Origin: a virus
Direction: 5' to 3' (one strand)
Length of the DNA stretch: 64,000 nucleotides
Virus record (IMG/VR): IMGVR_UViG_3300017917_002838
Coordinates: 40,556-104,555 of that record
In this document: positions 37,801 through 46,756 of the stretch, one piece after another
Layout of the letters: every line of letters begins with the position of its first letter
Numbering within the stretch: the first letter of the stretch is position 1
Made by a program: the position numbers and the translations under genes
Notes under the pieces: model-generated
What the model saw: the letters and a program-made list of their open reading frames with translations, nothing else
The model's database searches: none
Told to the model about the DNA's origin: nothing

Positions 37801-40800
37801 GTTGTTGTAAGCTGGTTTCCCATTCCACTTGTTCCAGTAAGTGCTCCCATAGAATAATCTGGCATAGGTGTAAAAGTGACTTGTGATCCTCTTACTTGTA
37901 AATCTGAAGGTCCCGCTCCTCTAGTGCCATAACCTCTAGTTTTTCCTGGAATAACTTCTCCTGCTGCCATTGCTGCAGCTTCTTGTCTTGCATTAAATTC
38001 TGCTTCCTGCATAGCACGTTTTGCTGGATTTCCAGAAAGACCTTGTCTCTTTTTTCTTACTTGACCAGCTTTAGCATATTTTTGAACACCAGGAATTATT
38101 GTTCCAGAAGTATTTGGTACAAACATCTCTGGTCCGTTTTCTCCAACTACATATGCTCCTCCAGCGCTAACTCCACCACCCATTGCTCTATTGCCAGACA
38201 TAGGTCCAGAAATAGTTTCAATTCTTAATCCGGTTGAATCGGCTGCAGTAATTCTAAACTTTCCACCAAAATAAGACTCTTGTTCATTTACAGCAACTTT
38301 TCCTTGAGGTGTGCCAAATTCTAAGTCTGGAACTATTTTAGAAATAGGAGTCATACCTCTATTTTTAACATCTGCCATTAAATAGAAATCGCCAAATCCT
38401 CTTGCTACTTGTGGATCAGAACTCCATGAAGACCTTCTCATGATGAATTCTTTTCCTATCAACTTTGAAAAATTTCCAGTAGCTTTTGCCATTTTAATTT
38501 CATTCATTAGCCACTCGGGAAGTGGTTTCATTGCAGTTGATGAAGCTAAACTTATTCCTCTAAAGAATGTTCCAGAACCTTTAGTTCTTGCTGCAAGCAG
38601 AGCGGCAACATGGGAAGGTTCTCTCATTATGTCATATGCGCCCTTTGCATACATCTCTGCAGCATATCTTGCTCTTTCTTCTGCAGAACCAGTTGCCCCA
38701 GCCATTACGTTAATTGTTGATTTTTGTCTAAATGGATTCCAACTTGGTCCATATTGTATAGCAGCAGGATATGCTCTATTCCTAACTGTTACTGGGGTCA
38801 TGTATTTTCCAATATTTAATGGTCCATGTAATGGGTCTTGATTACTACTGTCTACTCCACGAACTTTACCCCATTTTGACATTATCTTGGCTAATCTTGA
38901 TGCAGCAATTCCTGGAATTCCTCCACCACCCATGTAATTATTTAATGGAATCATTCCGCCGAGATTGCTCTTTCTAATTACATTTCTTGTTTTTAAAGAT
39001 TTTATTCTACTTTTCTTTGCCCCATTAGATATCATTACCTCATCAATAAATGGTATAAAATTTTCAAATTGTATATCTCCGCCAAAATCTCCAATTAGCA
39101 GGTCGTCTTTGTCTGATAAATATTTTTTTATCTGTTTGTCTATTTCTTTTTCTGCTTTAGCAAATTTACTTTGATCGACTCCTGCCATCCTAAATAAATT
39201 ATCATATTTGCCATATCTTCCTAAATTTCTTGCAATAAAATCTGAAACAAGTAAATTGTTTTGATTTGCTTGTTTGTTTGATCGTTCATCATAGTCAACA
39301 GTATATTTACTTACATATCTTTTATTTCCAACAATTCTTGCTTTAGTTAGATGAGTTGCATTTGTTGGAGTAGTTCCAGAATAACTAAGTCTTGGAAACC
39401 CATTTGATTCTAGTATTGAAGAAAGTTCTCCTCTAGAATCTAGATGACCCCATTCTAAAGTTTTTGTGCTTCTAGCCCTAGACCTATCTAAATTAAATCC
39501 ATAATTTTGAATAACTTCAGCAGCCTTTGATCTTTGATTTAATGGTAAAGACTCTAAATAATTTTGTATAGCATTTCCAGTATTATTTCCTCTAGTAAGA
39601 ATTGGATACTTATTACCAAAAAGATATCTAAGAGAAGTAGCATCTCTTCCTCTCCCGGCAAATCTAGATGCAACAATTCCTCTAAGAATCCTAGCGATAC
39701 CACCTACATTCATTCCTGATCCTGGAGCCTGCTTGTTATCATTTATTGCCATTAAAAGTGGAAGATTTTCTGCTGTTGCTTTTCTGTTTACAACAAATTC
39801 TCCTGGAGTAAGCATCGCAGGAACTACGTCAGCATTTATATTTGGACCTGGAACAACAGAAGGACTTTGATAAATTTGTCCTCCTTTATTTCTATATTGG
39901 AATCCTGAAGCTTCTCCTGCTATTCCAAGATTTTCAGAAAAAGGACCATAAAATCTTCCAGCTCTATCTTTTCTCAACAAAGACTTGCCGTTAAATGTTA
40001 CTTTGCCAGAAGGAGATCTTGAAATAATTTGTTGGTTTGTTCCAGGAACCATTCTTAATCTAGAAACATTTATTCCACGAGAAACAGCCATAGACTCTAA
40101 TTCTGCTAGCAGTGCTCTGTTTGCCGCTTCTATTTGAACCTGAGCCTGTTCTGCAGTAATGATTCCTTGCTGTGCTTGAGTAGCTATTGTTTTTGCAGCA
40201 TTTGCAGCATTTGTTGCAATTGCTCTTATTCCAGGAAGAATGTCATCAAACTCTTGTAAGAATTGAGTTGGAAGCCTTCCAGTCATATTTAAAACATTTA
40301 AAGCATTTTCTAATTCGGCTTTTGTTTTTGTTGCCATAGTTGTAAGCAATGCTTGGTATCTTGCATATTGCTCTGTTGAAATTGATGCTGATGCACCTTT
40401 TAATGCGGTAACTCCTTCCACCATTGGAGTTCCTGTGGTTCCTAAAGGTTGTGGTCTAGTTCCCCAACCTTGATTTATTCCTCCGACAAAAGGAACTGAC
40501 GCATAGAATGTTTGTTTTTCTAATTCTTCTGGAGTCATTCTTGCTTGTGCAAGTAAATGAGCTATATTGGATTCTGGAATTACACTTCCAGATTCGCCCA
40601 TTATATTAGCTCTTCCAGTAGCTCCTGATGTTCTTGTAATTGTTGATGGAACAACTTGATTCAATGCAGCTAAAGATGCTCTTAAATTATCTACAGCAGA
40701 TTTTAATGCTGTAGCTGCTGCTGCATCAGAATATAAAGTTTGTCCAAAACTTTCTGCTGCAGCTTCTGCTGCAACCATGTCTGGAGTTAATAATTTAAAT

Positions 40801-42542
40801 CCTTTTGCGCCAGAGAAAAATGCTCTTAAGTGTGAAAGACCTTTAAATACATATCCAAGGAAGTTAGCAAAAACACCTGTAAGCATAATTATTGGACCAG
40901 TTACTGCAGTAACACCACCTAAAATACTTAAAAACTTTTTAACTGGCTCTGGTAATTTATTAAAGAAATTAATAACTTTGTCTGCAACATTAATTAGTTT
41001 TGTTGCAATATCTAAAAATGATTCTCCTACTGTTGCTAAATCTGCCCTTAATCCTTCAATTGCTCTTCTATATCTACCAGAAGCAGATTCAGTTACCATC
41101 GCTAATTCTCGATCAGCAATAGCACCTATTTGTTGAGTGCTTGCTTTCATTAGATCTAGAACTTGTAAAGTTTGGCTGCCTTGTCTTCCAAGATTATCAA
41201 ACAAAGCACCCATTCTTGCAAATTGATATTTACCAAATAGTTGTTCTAACGCCTGCTGTTTTTGTAATGGATTTAATGTATCTAAAGCACTTTGTAATGC
41301 TAAAATTGTGTCTGTTAAATTTCCTGCATTTTTTGTAACTAGTGCTTCTAAATCTATGCCAAATCCTTCAAACATATCCTTGGCTCTATTTGTTGGATTA
41401 ATTAATGAACCAAGTGCTGATTTCAAACCGTTAGCAGCTGAAGCTGCATCAATTCCGCCTTCACGCATAGCTGTTAGATAAAGAGCCAAATCTTGAACGC
41501 TTCCGCCAAGACCTCTGATAATTGGTCCAGCTTTTGGAATTGCATCTACTAAGTCATTTAGAGTTGTTGAGGTTTGGTTTTCAACTGCGTTAAGAAAGTT
41601 AATTGAATCTGCTAACTCAGTTGTATTTTGCTTAAAAGCATTCTGAATTGCAAGAGTTGCTTTCATTGCTTCTTGTCTATCTACTTCACCAAGAACTGAA
41701 AGTCTTGTTGTTTCTTGTAATGATTTTAATAGGTCATTACCTTGTTGACCAGTTGCTGCAATATCTGCTGCCAAGGCAATGGTATCTTTGAATGATACTC
41801 CATATGCAGATGACAAATCCTTGGCAGTTTTAGATACATCGTCTCTTACTTTACTTAGTTCCTGTGAAGAAGTAGCTGCAAGTCCGCCGTAAACTTTTGT
41901 TAATCTTGTTAGTTCACGATCTGCTTGATTGAATGCTTCTGCTGCAGCTTTACCAAATGCTGCTATAGGAACAGTAAGACCAACCGTTAGCTGTCTACCG
42001 GCCCATTGTGTATTTTTACCCCAGTTGATGAGCTGTAGAGATCCATCTTGCATAACTTTATTCATAATAGACAGCTCTTTATTTGCTATAGCTGTTTTAT
42101 TTTTTAATTCGTCTATGCCAGTAGGAATATTAACTGCAAACTGCATCTGTCCTCTAGCATTTTTTCCTAGTGGTTGCAGTATTGCTTGTTGTAGAGCTAT
42201 TTGTTGTCTGGCAAGCTCTTTAACCATACTATTAGAACTTCTATGATATTCCTGCCAAGTTCTATAGTAATCTCTTAACTTTAATCTTCCGGCATCAAGA
42301 TTCTTTCCAAATTTATCTATGTCTCTAGATACCGCTACAAATTGTGTACTAAATTGACCGCTATTACTTAAGATTGAAGAAAAATTAGCATTTGCAGTTT
42401 TAATGTTTCTAGTTAATGCTGCATCTGTTAAACTAAATTGTTTTTGTAAAGCAGAAAGCTGAGTTATTGCAGACTTTACCTGGCTTAACAAACCAGAGAA
42501 ATCTGCATTAGCAGTAATTTGCGTATTAATTATTTCGGCCAC
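34818..42542 (-). CDS. Tape measure protein (TP901-family core) with inserted enzyme-like cargo domains
   Basis: 2574 aa, Ala/Gly-rich; WAGRQLTVGLTVP and LNAVENQT TMP core; follows tail assembly chaperone; internal R-S-E ART motif. Confidence 0.93.
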   Translation of the reverse strand: MAEIINTQITANADFSGLLSQVKSAITQLSALQKQFSLTDAALTRNIKTANANFSSILSNSGQFSTQFVAVSRDIDKFGKNLDAGRLKLRDYYRTWQEYHRSSNSMVKELARQQIALQQAILQPLGKNARGQMQFAVNIPTGIDELKNKTAIANKELSIMNKVMQDGSLQLINWGKNTQWAGRQLTVGLTVPIAAFGKAAAEAFNQADRELTRLTKVYGGLAATSSQELSKVRDDVSKTAKDLSSAYGVSFKDTIALAADIAATGQQGNDLLKSLQETTRLSVLGEVDRQEAMKATLAIQNAFKQNTTELADSINFLNAVENQTSTTLNDLVDAIPKAGPIIRGLGGSVQDLALYLTAMREGGIDAASAANGLKSALGSLINPTNRAKDMFEGFGIDLEALVTKNAGNLTDTILALQSALDTLNPLQKQQALEQLFGKYQFARMGALFDNLGRQGSQTLQVLDLMKASTQQIGAIADRELAMVTESASGRYRRAIEGLRADLATVGESFLDIATKLINVADKVINFFNKLPEPVKKFLSILGGVTAVTGPIIMLTGVFANFLGYVFKGLSHLRAFFSGAKGFKLLTPDMVAAEAAAESFGQTLYSDAAAATALKSAVDNLRASLAALNQVVPSTITRTSGATGRANIMGESGSVIPESNIAHLLAQARMTPEELEKQTFYASVPFVGGINQGWGTRPQPLGTTGTPMVEGVTALKGASASISTEQYARYQALLTTMATKTKAELENALNVLNMTGRLPTQFLQEFDDILPGIRAIATNAANAAKTIATQAQQGIITAEQAQVQIEAANRALLAELESMAVSRGINVSRLRMVPGTNQQIISRSPSGKVTFNGKSLLRKDRAGRFYGPFSENLGIAGEASGFQYRNKGGQIYQSPSVVPGPNINADVVPAMLTPGEFVVNRKATAENLPLLMAINDNKQAPGSGMNVGGIARILRGIVASRFAGRGRDATSLRYLFGNKYPILTRGNNTGNAIQNYLESLPLNQRSKAAEVIQNYGFNLDRSRARSTKTLEWGHLDSRGELSSILESNGFPRLSYSGTTPTNATHLTKARIVGNKRYVSKYTVDYDERSNKQANQNNLLVSDFIARNLGRYGKYDNLFRMAGVDQSKFAKAEKEIDKQIKKYLSDKDDLLIGDFGGDIQFENFIPFIDEVMISNGAKKSRIKSLKTRNVIRKSNLGGMIPLNNYMGGGGIPGIAASRLAKIMSKWGKVRGVDSSNQDPLHGPLNIGKYMTPVTVRNRAYPAAIQYGPSWNPFRQKSTINVMAGATGSAEERARYAAEMYAKGAYDIMREPSHVAALLAARTKGSGTFFRGISLASSTAMKPLPEWLMNEIKMAKATGNFSKLIGKEFIMRRSSWSSDPQVARGFGDFYLMADVKNRGMTPISKIVPDLEFGTPQGKVAVNEQESYFGGKFRITAADSTGLRIETISGPMSGNRAMGGGVSAGGAYVVGENGPEMFVPNTSGTIIPGVQKYAKAGQVRKKRQGLSGNPAKRAMQEAEFNARQEAAAMAAGEVIPGKTRGYGTRGAGPSDLQVRGSQVTFTPMPDYSMGALTGTSGMGNQLTTTAYTGLLQAANSTKDRIAAINDSIKKSYESSSKAISNAIDKSRAAILKSGESAKLAASKTKDYLAGFKDLSRLRDRPMAAGETFEGPLGTVVQTKTEWKKLLTTRAGFLPPPPAAGSRREALAKRMQNYGKDNGGMLAGMAGMGMMTAGSQMGGAGGTAMMAGGMALSMAPAFLPQLGTALKGMTSMSVVVFKVIRLLKMLSLPGAILTAVVWLGKKFLDMKKHAEEVGKANRASFGLTGEQAKKAGIEIVSLSDRLKSAKDAADAFKASGLAAYNENTKTGFRGLTLSIKELKTAIEDAKKNMPDLVNLFNNIDPSNVNQLAQSMKADFIAGGMSAEEATNKVFAIIKASEKATMAVGAIGNKGFADITDKATAAAAKVRITATEMSSVNSNSEEAATGIMSMVNALLEAEKASIGTKDATGKIVTAQEAVNTQLQTIANTQGANKNLTNEQLLAIQAQNKELGQVLNTSDNLASVYAKSKLLLAGMGDEVSKLDAATAISLAKYQSSVETASASILKTGSFGPLNTAIDNYSKKWSNSSKSIQKAAQSSEEAYKKQADAIQKIIDKINKEADARKKALELQKAERDFKTEISLLDIEYRNAIANGNEEAAASAQIRIQDAARERQEQLALQAIEDERQRKLEEQQAKIDKLNEKKMKQEKEIVAMQQSAANNQQKSSQAQMYMGLISQALTARQLGQIDQKAFMGQMETAIKGVQSLKDKDLNAAVESILGTGVIANTEENRMAARGGGKLTVSTDLQSKIAALGNRASSELSVEAQKNFTQGASDIKAAATDFVTAATIITTGKIPEGATVNGKSVKAVERPEYQSGGKGAYTNRPGVGDVGTGGRPKGSAMGGPIYGPGTGTSDSIPALLSNGEFVVNARATAAVGVPFLNNINRMGMGGYVNPSMSSNMSMPSYRVGGAVYKVPTNRIGYAYGGMVESDSYGATTLNFIFQGELSPYMEDKLKNDIVGIINSNTKLSNIKIGSDRRFKS

Positions 42543-42551
42543 TGCTTTTAA

Positions 42552-42923
42552 TTATTCCTGAGCGTATCCTAATCCTTGATTTATTCCAAATCCTTTGCTT
42601 GAAGCACTTTCACCTTGTAATCCAACAACGTCGTTTTTTATTCCAGTGTCTATACCCAGAGCTCTCATTTGGACATCTTCAAATGTTAGAACGTCTCCTG
42701 ACTCTTCCTCCTTTAGATTAACCCCTTGCAATGAAGCAAAGAATTTTCTTTCTTCGTCTTCTTCTTTATGCATACTTTCTAGGGTATGCAAAAGCTCTGG
42801 CATAGATAAGCTTTCTTCTAGTTCTTCGTAGTTTTTCCAAAAACCTAGAAGAAAAACTTTACCTTCAAGGGCGGCTAGATCTAGTTCTGACCAGCTAGAA
42901 CTGCCGCTGCTAGTAAATTTGGG
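42552..42923 (-). CDS. Tail assembly chaperone, -1 frameshift extension (G-T fusion part)
   Basis: The -1 frame is open from the slippery site CCCAAAT (42923-42917) to TAA at 42552: ...WSELDLAALEGKVFLLGFWKNYEELEESLSMPEL... Confidence 0.8.
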   Translation of the reverse strand, partial: PKFTSSGSSSWSELDLAALEGKVFLLGFWKNYEELEESLSMPELLHTLESMHKEEDEERKFFASLQGVNLKEEESGDVLTFEDVQMRALGIDTGIKNDVVGLQGESASSKGFGINQGLGYAQE

Positions 42924-43213
42924 TCATCCATTTTGATGCCACCACAAACTTCTAGAATTCTATTAATGGTTGGAATGTCTAATGCATCTTCTAGTGCATC
43001 TTTATCTTTAACAAGTTCTGGAAGTTGTTTTTCTAGGGCAACGCCACATGCATCAATTAGAAGATCAAGTGTTTCTTCTTCGCCTGTTACCTCTGAAGTT
43101 TTTTGCATAACTTCCATAAATTTTCTTAGTTCTTTAATACTCAATGGCTTGAGTTTTACTTTTGCTCCATTTTGAAGCTCAATTTCTTCTACGCTATAAA
43201 CGGTAGTAGCCAA
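42881..43213 (-). CDS. Tail assembly chaperone
   Basis: Between major tail protein and TMP; TTG start with AGGAG SD; promoter TTGTCA-N17-TATAAT at 43268-43240. Confidence 0.85.
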   Translation of the reverse strand: MATTVYSVEEIELQNGAKVKLKPLSIKELRKFMEVMQKTSEVTGEEETLDLLIDACGVALEKQLPELVKDKDALEDALDIPTINRILEVCGGIKMDDPNLLAAAVLAGQN

Positions 43214-43263
43214 TTTATTCTCCTTTATACTTTAATATAATTATACCAAAATGAGTGTATAAT

Positions 43264-43286
43264 GACAAACCCCCGTTTCCGGGGGT
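43264..43286 (-). terminator. Intrinsic terminator after major tail protein
   Basis: ACCCCCG-GAAA-CGGGGGT-TTGTC. Confidence 0.75.
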
Positions 43287-43313
43287 GTGCCTAATTATTT
43301 AATTATTATTAAA

Positions 43314-43961
43314 TTATGCTTCGATCACACGATCAATAATCTTACCGTACTCAGCGCCTGCGTAAGCAGAGTCTGGAAGTAGACGGAAGGTTACTGGAAA
43401 TGTGGTTGCAGCGTTACGAGCTAGAGAGAATTGTGACTGTTGTACTGAAAGTACACGACGTGCATAATATACACGCTCACGCTTCTTATTTGATGCGTTT
43501 CTTGGTGCTAGACCAATAGCGATCAATTGACGCTCTGTTGGTTCTGCGCCGAGAGCTCCTGCTTCGATTGACAAAACATCAGATGCGAGAGAAGATGCTT
43601 TTTGTCCGAAAACTCGAACAACGTTAGCTAGTGTTGCTTCAGTAAATTCTGTAGCAAGCATAACTTCCATTGCTTCCTTGAAAAGCTTTGCTGTATCGAG
43701 AAGTTGATCAACAGTTACTGAACCATATGTTGGGTTGTAAGTAATCTGAAGACCGTTATTTGTATAACCTACGTTAGAATAAGCTGAACCAAGTGCTCCC
43801 TTGAGTTCTTTTGTTGACTCATCATAAAGAGAATTGGTTGAATAAGCTGCAACGTTAGTTCCTTCTGGAATTACTGCTGTGTAGGATGCGTCTGTTGAAT
43901 CTAGATTTGATAGAAACATAGGTGCTGCACCTACAAGAATATTTTTAGCTTCAAATGCCAT
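43314..43961 (-). CDS. Major tail protein
   Basis: NILVGAA...VGYTNNGLQITY...VDQLLD...EATLAN...PVTFRLLP; strong SD GGAGG; terminator follows. Confidence 0.85.
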   Translation of the reverse strand: MAFEAKNILVGAAPMFLSNLDSTDASYTAVIPEGTNVAAYSTNSLYDESTKELKGALGSAYSNVGYTNNGLQITYNPTYGSVTVDQLLDTAKLFKEAMEVMLATEFTEATLANVVRVFGQKASSLASDVLSIEAGALGAEPTERQLIAIGLAPRNASNKKRERVYYARRVLSVQQSQFSLARNAATTFPVTFRLLPDSAYAGAEYGKIIDRVIEA

Positions 43962-44051
43962 TTAATTTCCACCTCCTGGAATATTTACTTAGTGGCTGGC
44001 TAGGCTCTTTCCTCGTATTAATAGTAACCCAAAATGGTTAAAAAGGCAAGA

Positions 44052-44567
44052 TCAGATGTATCTGCCGTTGCCAGAGGTAAGTCTTGAATATTTAACCTCT
44101 AAAATTATATCTGTAGACAAGAAACCGGCCATTTCTTCTGATGGGGCTGTTGCGGACATATCTGATATATAAATGCTGTGGAAAATAAATTTGCTATTTT
44201 GTCCAGTATAAAGATTAACGTCTTTTGCAGACTCATCCATTCTTCTAAATAGGTCTATAAAGAAATTTCTCATTTCATTAATATCTGATATATTGGTAGC
44301 AAATAGGGTAAACATTACTTCTTCGTTACATATCATCCAAATATCGTCTTCGTAGGTCATCCCAGTTTTGTCATAAACAATAAACTTTTTACCAGAGAAA
44401 AATTGATCCATTTCTGGAACTTCTTGAACTGGTATTACGGGAACTACATAATCCATTATTGTATCGCTATAATAGTTATTCTCGTCAAAAATACCAGCCA
44501 GTAATAGCTTGTCCCAGATAAACTTTCTAAGTTCGTTTACTGCGTCTATTTTATAATTTACAGTCAT
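44052..44567 (-). CDS. Tail terminator-like protein
   Basis: Position immediately upstream of major tail protein; size and acidity. Confidence 0.6.
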   Translation of the reverse strand: MTVNYKIDAVNELRKFIWDKLLLAGIFDENNYYSDTIMDYVVPVIPVQEVPEMDQFFSGKKFIVYDKTGMTYEDDIWMICNEEVMFTLFATNISDINEMRNFFIDLFRRMDESAKDVNLYTGQNSKFIFHSIYISDMSATAPSEEMAGFLSTDIILEVKYSRLTSGNGRYI

Positions 44568-45352
44568 TAGAATCCTACCCCTCCATTTACTGCAGCCCTA
44601 GCAGAATTTTTAACTGCAGACGGTGAGTATGAATATGAATCAATCCTGATTATTGAAGGAACTCTCATGGCTTTATAAACAATGTTCCTCATCATTTTAT
44701 CTGCTCCAGACTTGTCCATAGATGCTTTTAACATTCCACCGGAAACAAATTTTTTATAATGTTTAACAACCGATCCTGCTACCATTTTACCGCCAGGTTT
44801 TGCAACCCTAACAGATCTTCCAATTCCCATAAATATAACTTTTCCACCTATTTCAAAAACAAGTCTTTCGGCCTGTCTTGGTGAAATTGTCACGGGCTTT
44901 CCAGACTCCATTACAAAAGCTTTGTTTTTAAATATATATTTTTTACCATAAGCATTTGGAACTGAGGTTTTTGATTGTCTTAATTCTAATCCAAATGTTA
45001 ACCCGTACCCGTCCGAATTTGTTTTATTTATTTTAAATAATCTTGATATCGGAACTCCGACTCTTTTCCATTCATAAACATGATGTAATTCTTTTGGCTT
45101 ACTTCTTGCCTGCATATCAATATATGCTCCGAGGTCTTTACCAATTTGATTAAATAATAAGTCTACATATTTTGTTTTTAATTTGCTAGATTTTGATATT
45201 TCAGATATTACAGAAGATTGATAGTAAATTACTGCAGCTATTTTTGCTACAGTACCCCCGTCATCTAGTCCACCCTTTGGCTTTGTGCCCGCCATGAGCT
45301 TCCCAGCGCCTCCTAGAGCCATTTCTAGGCCAACTTCATCATACCTCGCCAA
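44567..45352 (-). CDS. Neck/tail-completion-region protein
   Basis: LHHVYEW motif; start placed at TTG 45352 after GGAG. Confidence 0.6.
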   Translation of the reverse strand: MARYDEVGLEMALGGAGKLMAGTKPKGGLDDGGTVAKIAAVIYYQSSVISEISKSSKLKTKYVDLLFNQIGKDLGAYIDMQARSKPKELHHVYEWKRVGVPISRLFKINKTNSDGYGLTFGLELRQSKTSVPNAYGKKYIFKNKAFVMESGKPVTISPRQAERLVFEIGGKVIFMGIGRSVRVAKPGGKMVAGSVVKHYKKFVSGGMLKASMDKSGADKMMRNIVYKAMRVPSIIRIDSYSYSPSAVKNSARAAVNGGVGF

Positions 45353-45776
45353 GTCTCTGATTCTCCGATCTTGCAGCAATTAAATTCCAGGCAATTTCTC
45401 TTCCATATGGGTCTAATATTGGAGTTGATCCGGTTATATCAAATATAGTGGGAGTATTATTTGGAGAATCAATTTCTGTCCATATTGGCTTACCATCTTG
45501 CTGTCTAATATTTCCAACTTTATCTCTAAATGAAATATAATGTTCTGTTCTTATTTGAATTTCATTTAAATTCTTATAATCTTGTCCAAATTTAGTTCTT
45601 TGATTTGATCCTCTAGCGCTAGAACTATTGCTAATATTACCTTTTGCAGAACAATTAATAGTTTTATGTAATTGCCAAACTCTATTTAATGCTCCGGTAT
45701 CAGGATCTTGTATAACAGATTGCCGGTATATGTCTAGCATCAGTGGTAGCATAGAGCCAACAAGATCGTTTTTCAT
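45339..45776 (-). CDS. Head-to-tail stopper/closure protein
   Basis: Position after adaptor; beta-rich, ends RSENQ. Confidence 0.65.
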   Translation of the reverse strand: MKNDLVGSMLPLMLDIYRQSVIQDPDTGALNRVWQLHKTINCSAKGNISNSSSARGSNQRTKFGQDYKNLNEIQIRTEHYISFRDKVGNIRQQDGKPIWTEIDSPNNTPTIFDITGSTPILDPYGREIAWNLIAARSENQRLGEV

Positions 45777-46744
45777 TATACAACAATCATTCCTGTCAAG
45801 ACATAAGGTTGTAGCAATTGGTCAGCATAAAGGTTTCCGGTTCCCCTGTGTGCATCTTCTGCAAACTCGAAACTCCAGTCGAATGTTTGTATTTTAGAAA
45901 CGTATCTATTTCTCCAGGCTTTATCCTGATTAAAGAAATCATTTATTAATATAATACATGCTTCTTCAACATTATCTGGAACATATGTCCATCCAAATTT
46001 TCCAGTAACGACATATCTATAATCTTTTTTAAATGCTCCAGAATATCCTTGGTCATAAATAGTTGGTGGAACCAATCCATTTGAAGTATATATCATATTG
46101 TCTAATTGATTTTGCCTATTTACTCTTAGTCCAAATCCGCTTTCTGCTATCATTGGAACATAATTCCAATTTAATTCAGTACCATCTATTTCATATAATA
46201 AATTATCATTTTCATATAACGATGTTAATTCATTAATTTTAAATGGCAGCGGCAAAATATCGCTTCCGTATCCGTATGCAACATGTGTGTCTTTATATGG
46301 ATAAAAAAATTGTGTTGTGTATGCTTCAATTAATTTTCTAGCATATTTTTCTGCCATTTGTATATCATGATAAGATTTAAAATTGGGATCTGAAGGATCT
46401 GTTCCAAAATTTAAATCTTCAAATACGTCAGAAATATTAGCATAGGGAGCTACGACATCAAAAAAATCTGTGTGTGCTCCTTCATCTCCATTTACCTCAT
46501 ACTCCCAAATTACTTTGTATCTTTTTAATTCTGTACAAAATTCATATGGAAGAACTACTTGATATGTTCCTAGATCTGTTTCATCTTTTGTTGCAGTAAA
46601 AATTGCTATTACTGAATTACTATTAAGATCTTCTGTAATATCATAAATTTTTGCAGAAACATCATCGTCTGCATCTGTTATGTTGCCAGACCAAAAAATT
46701 TTAGTTTTTATTGGTGAAGTTCTATTTATATATATTTCTGCCAT
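45776..46744 (-). CDS. Head-to-tail adaptor
   Basis: ARKLIEAYT...FGWTYVPDNVEEAC...TGNLYADQLLQPY. Confidence 0.8.
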   Translation of the reverse strand: MAEIYINRTSPIKTKIFWSGNITDADDDVSAKIYDITEDLNSNSVIAIFTATKDETDLGTYQVVLPYEFCTELKRYKVIWEYEVNGDEGAHTDFFDVVAPYANISDVFEDLNFGTDPSDPNFKSYHDIQMAEKYARKLIEAYTTQFFYPYKDTHVAYGYGSDILPLPFKINELTSLYENDNLLYEIDGTELNWNYVPMIAESGFGLRVNRQNQLDNMIYTSNGLVPPTIYDQGYSGAFKKDYRYVVTGKFGWTYVPDNVEEACIILINDFFNQDKAWRNRYVSKIQTFDWSFEFAEDAHRGTGNLYADQLLQPYVLTGMIVV

Positions 46745-46756
46745 TTAAAGTTTTAG

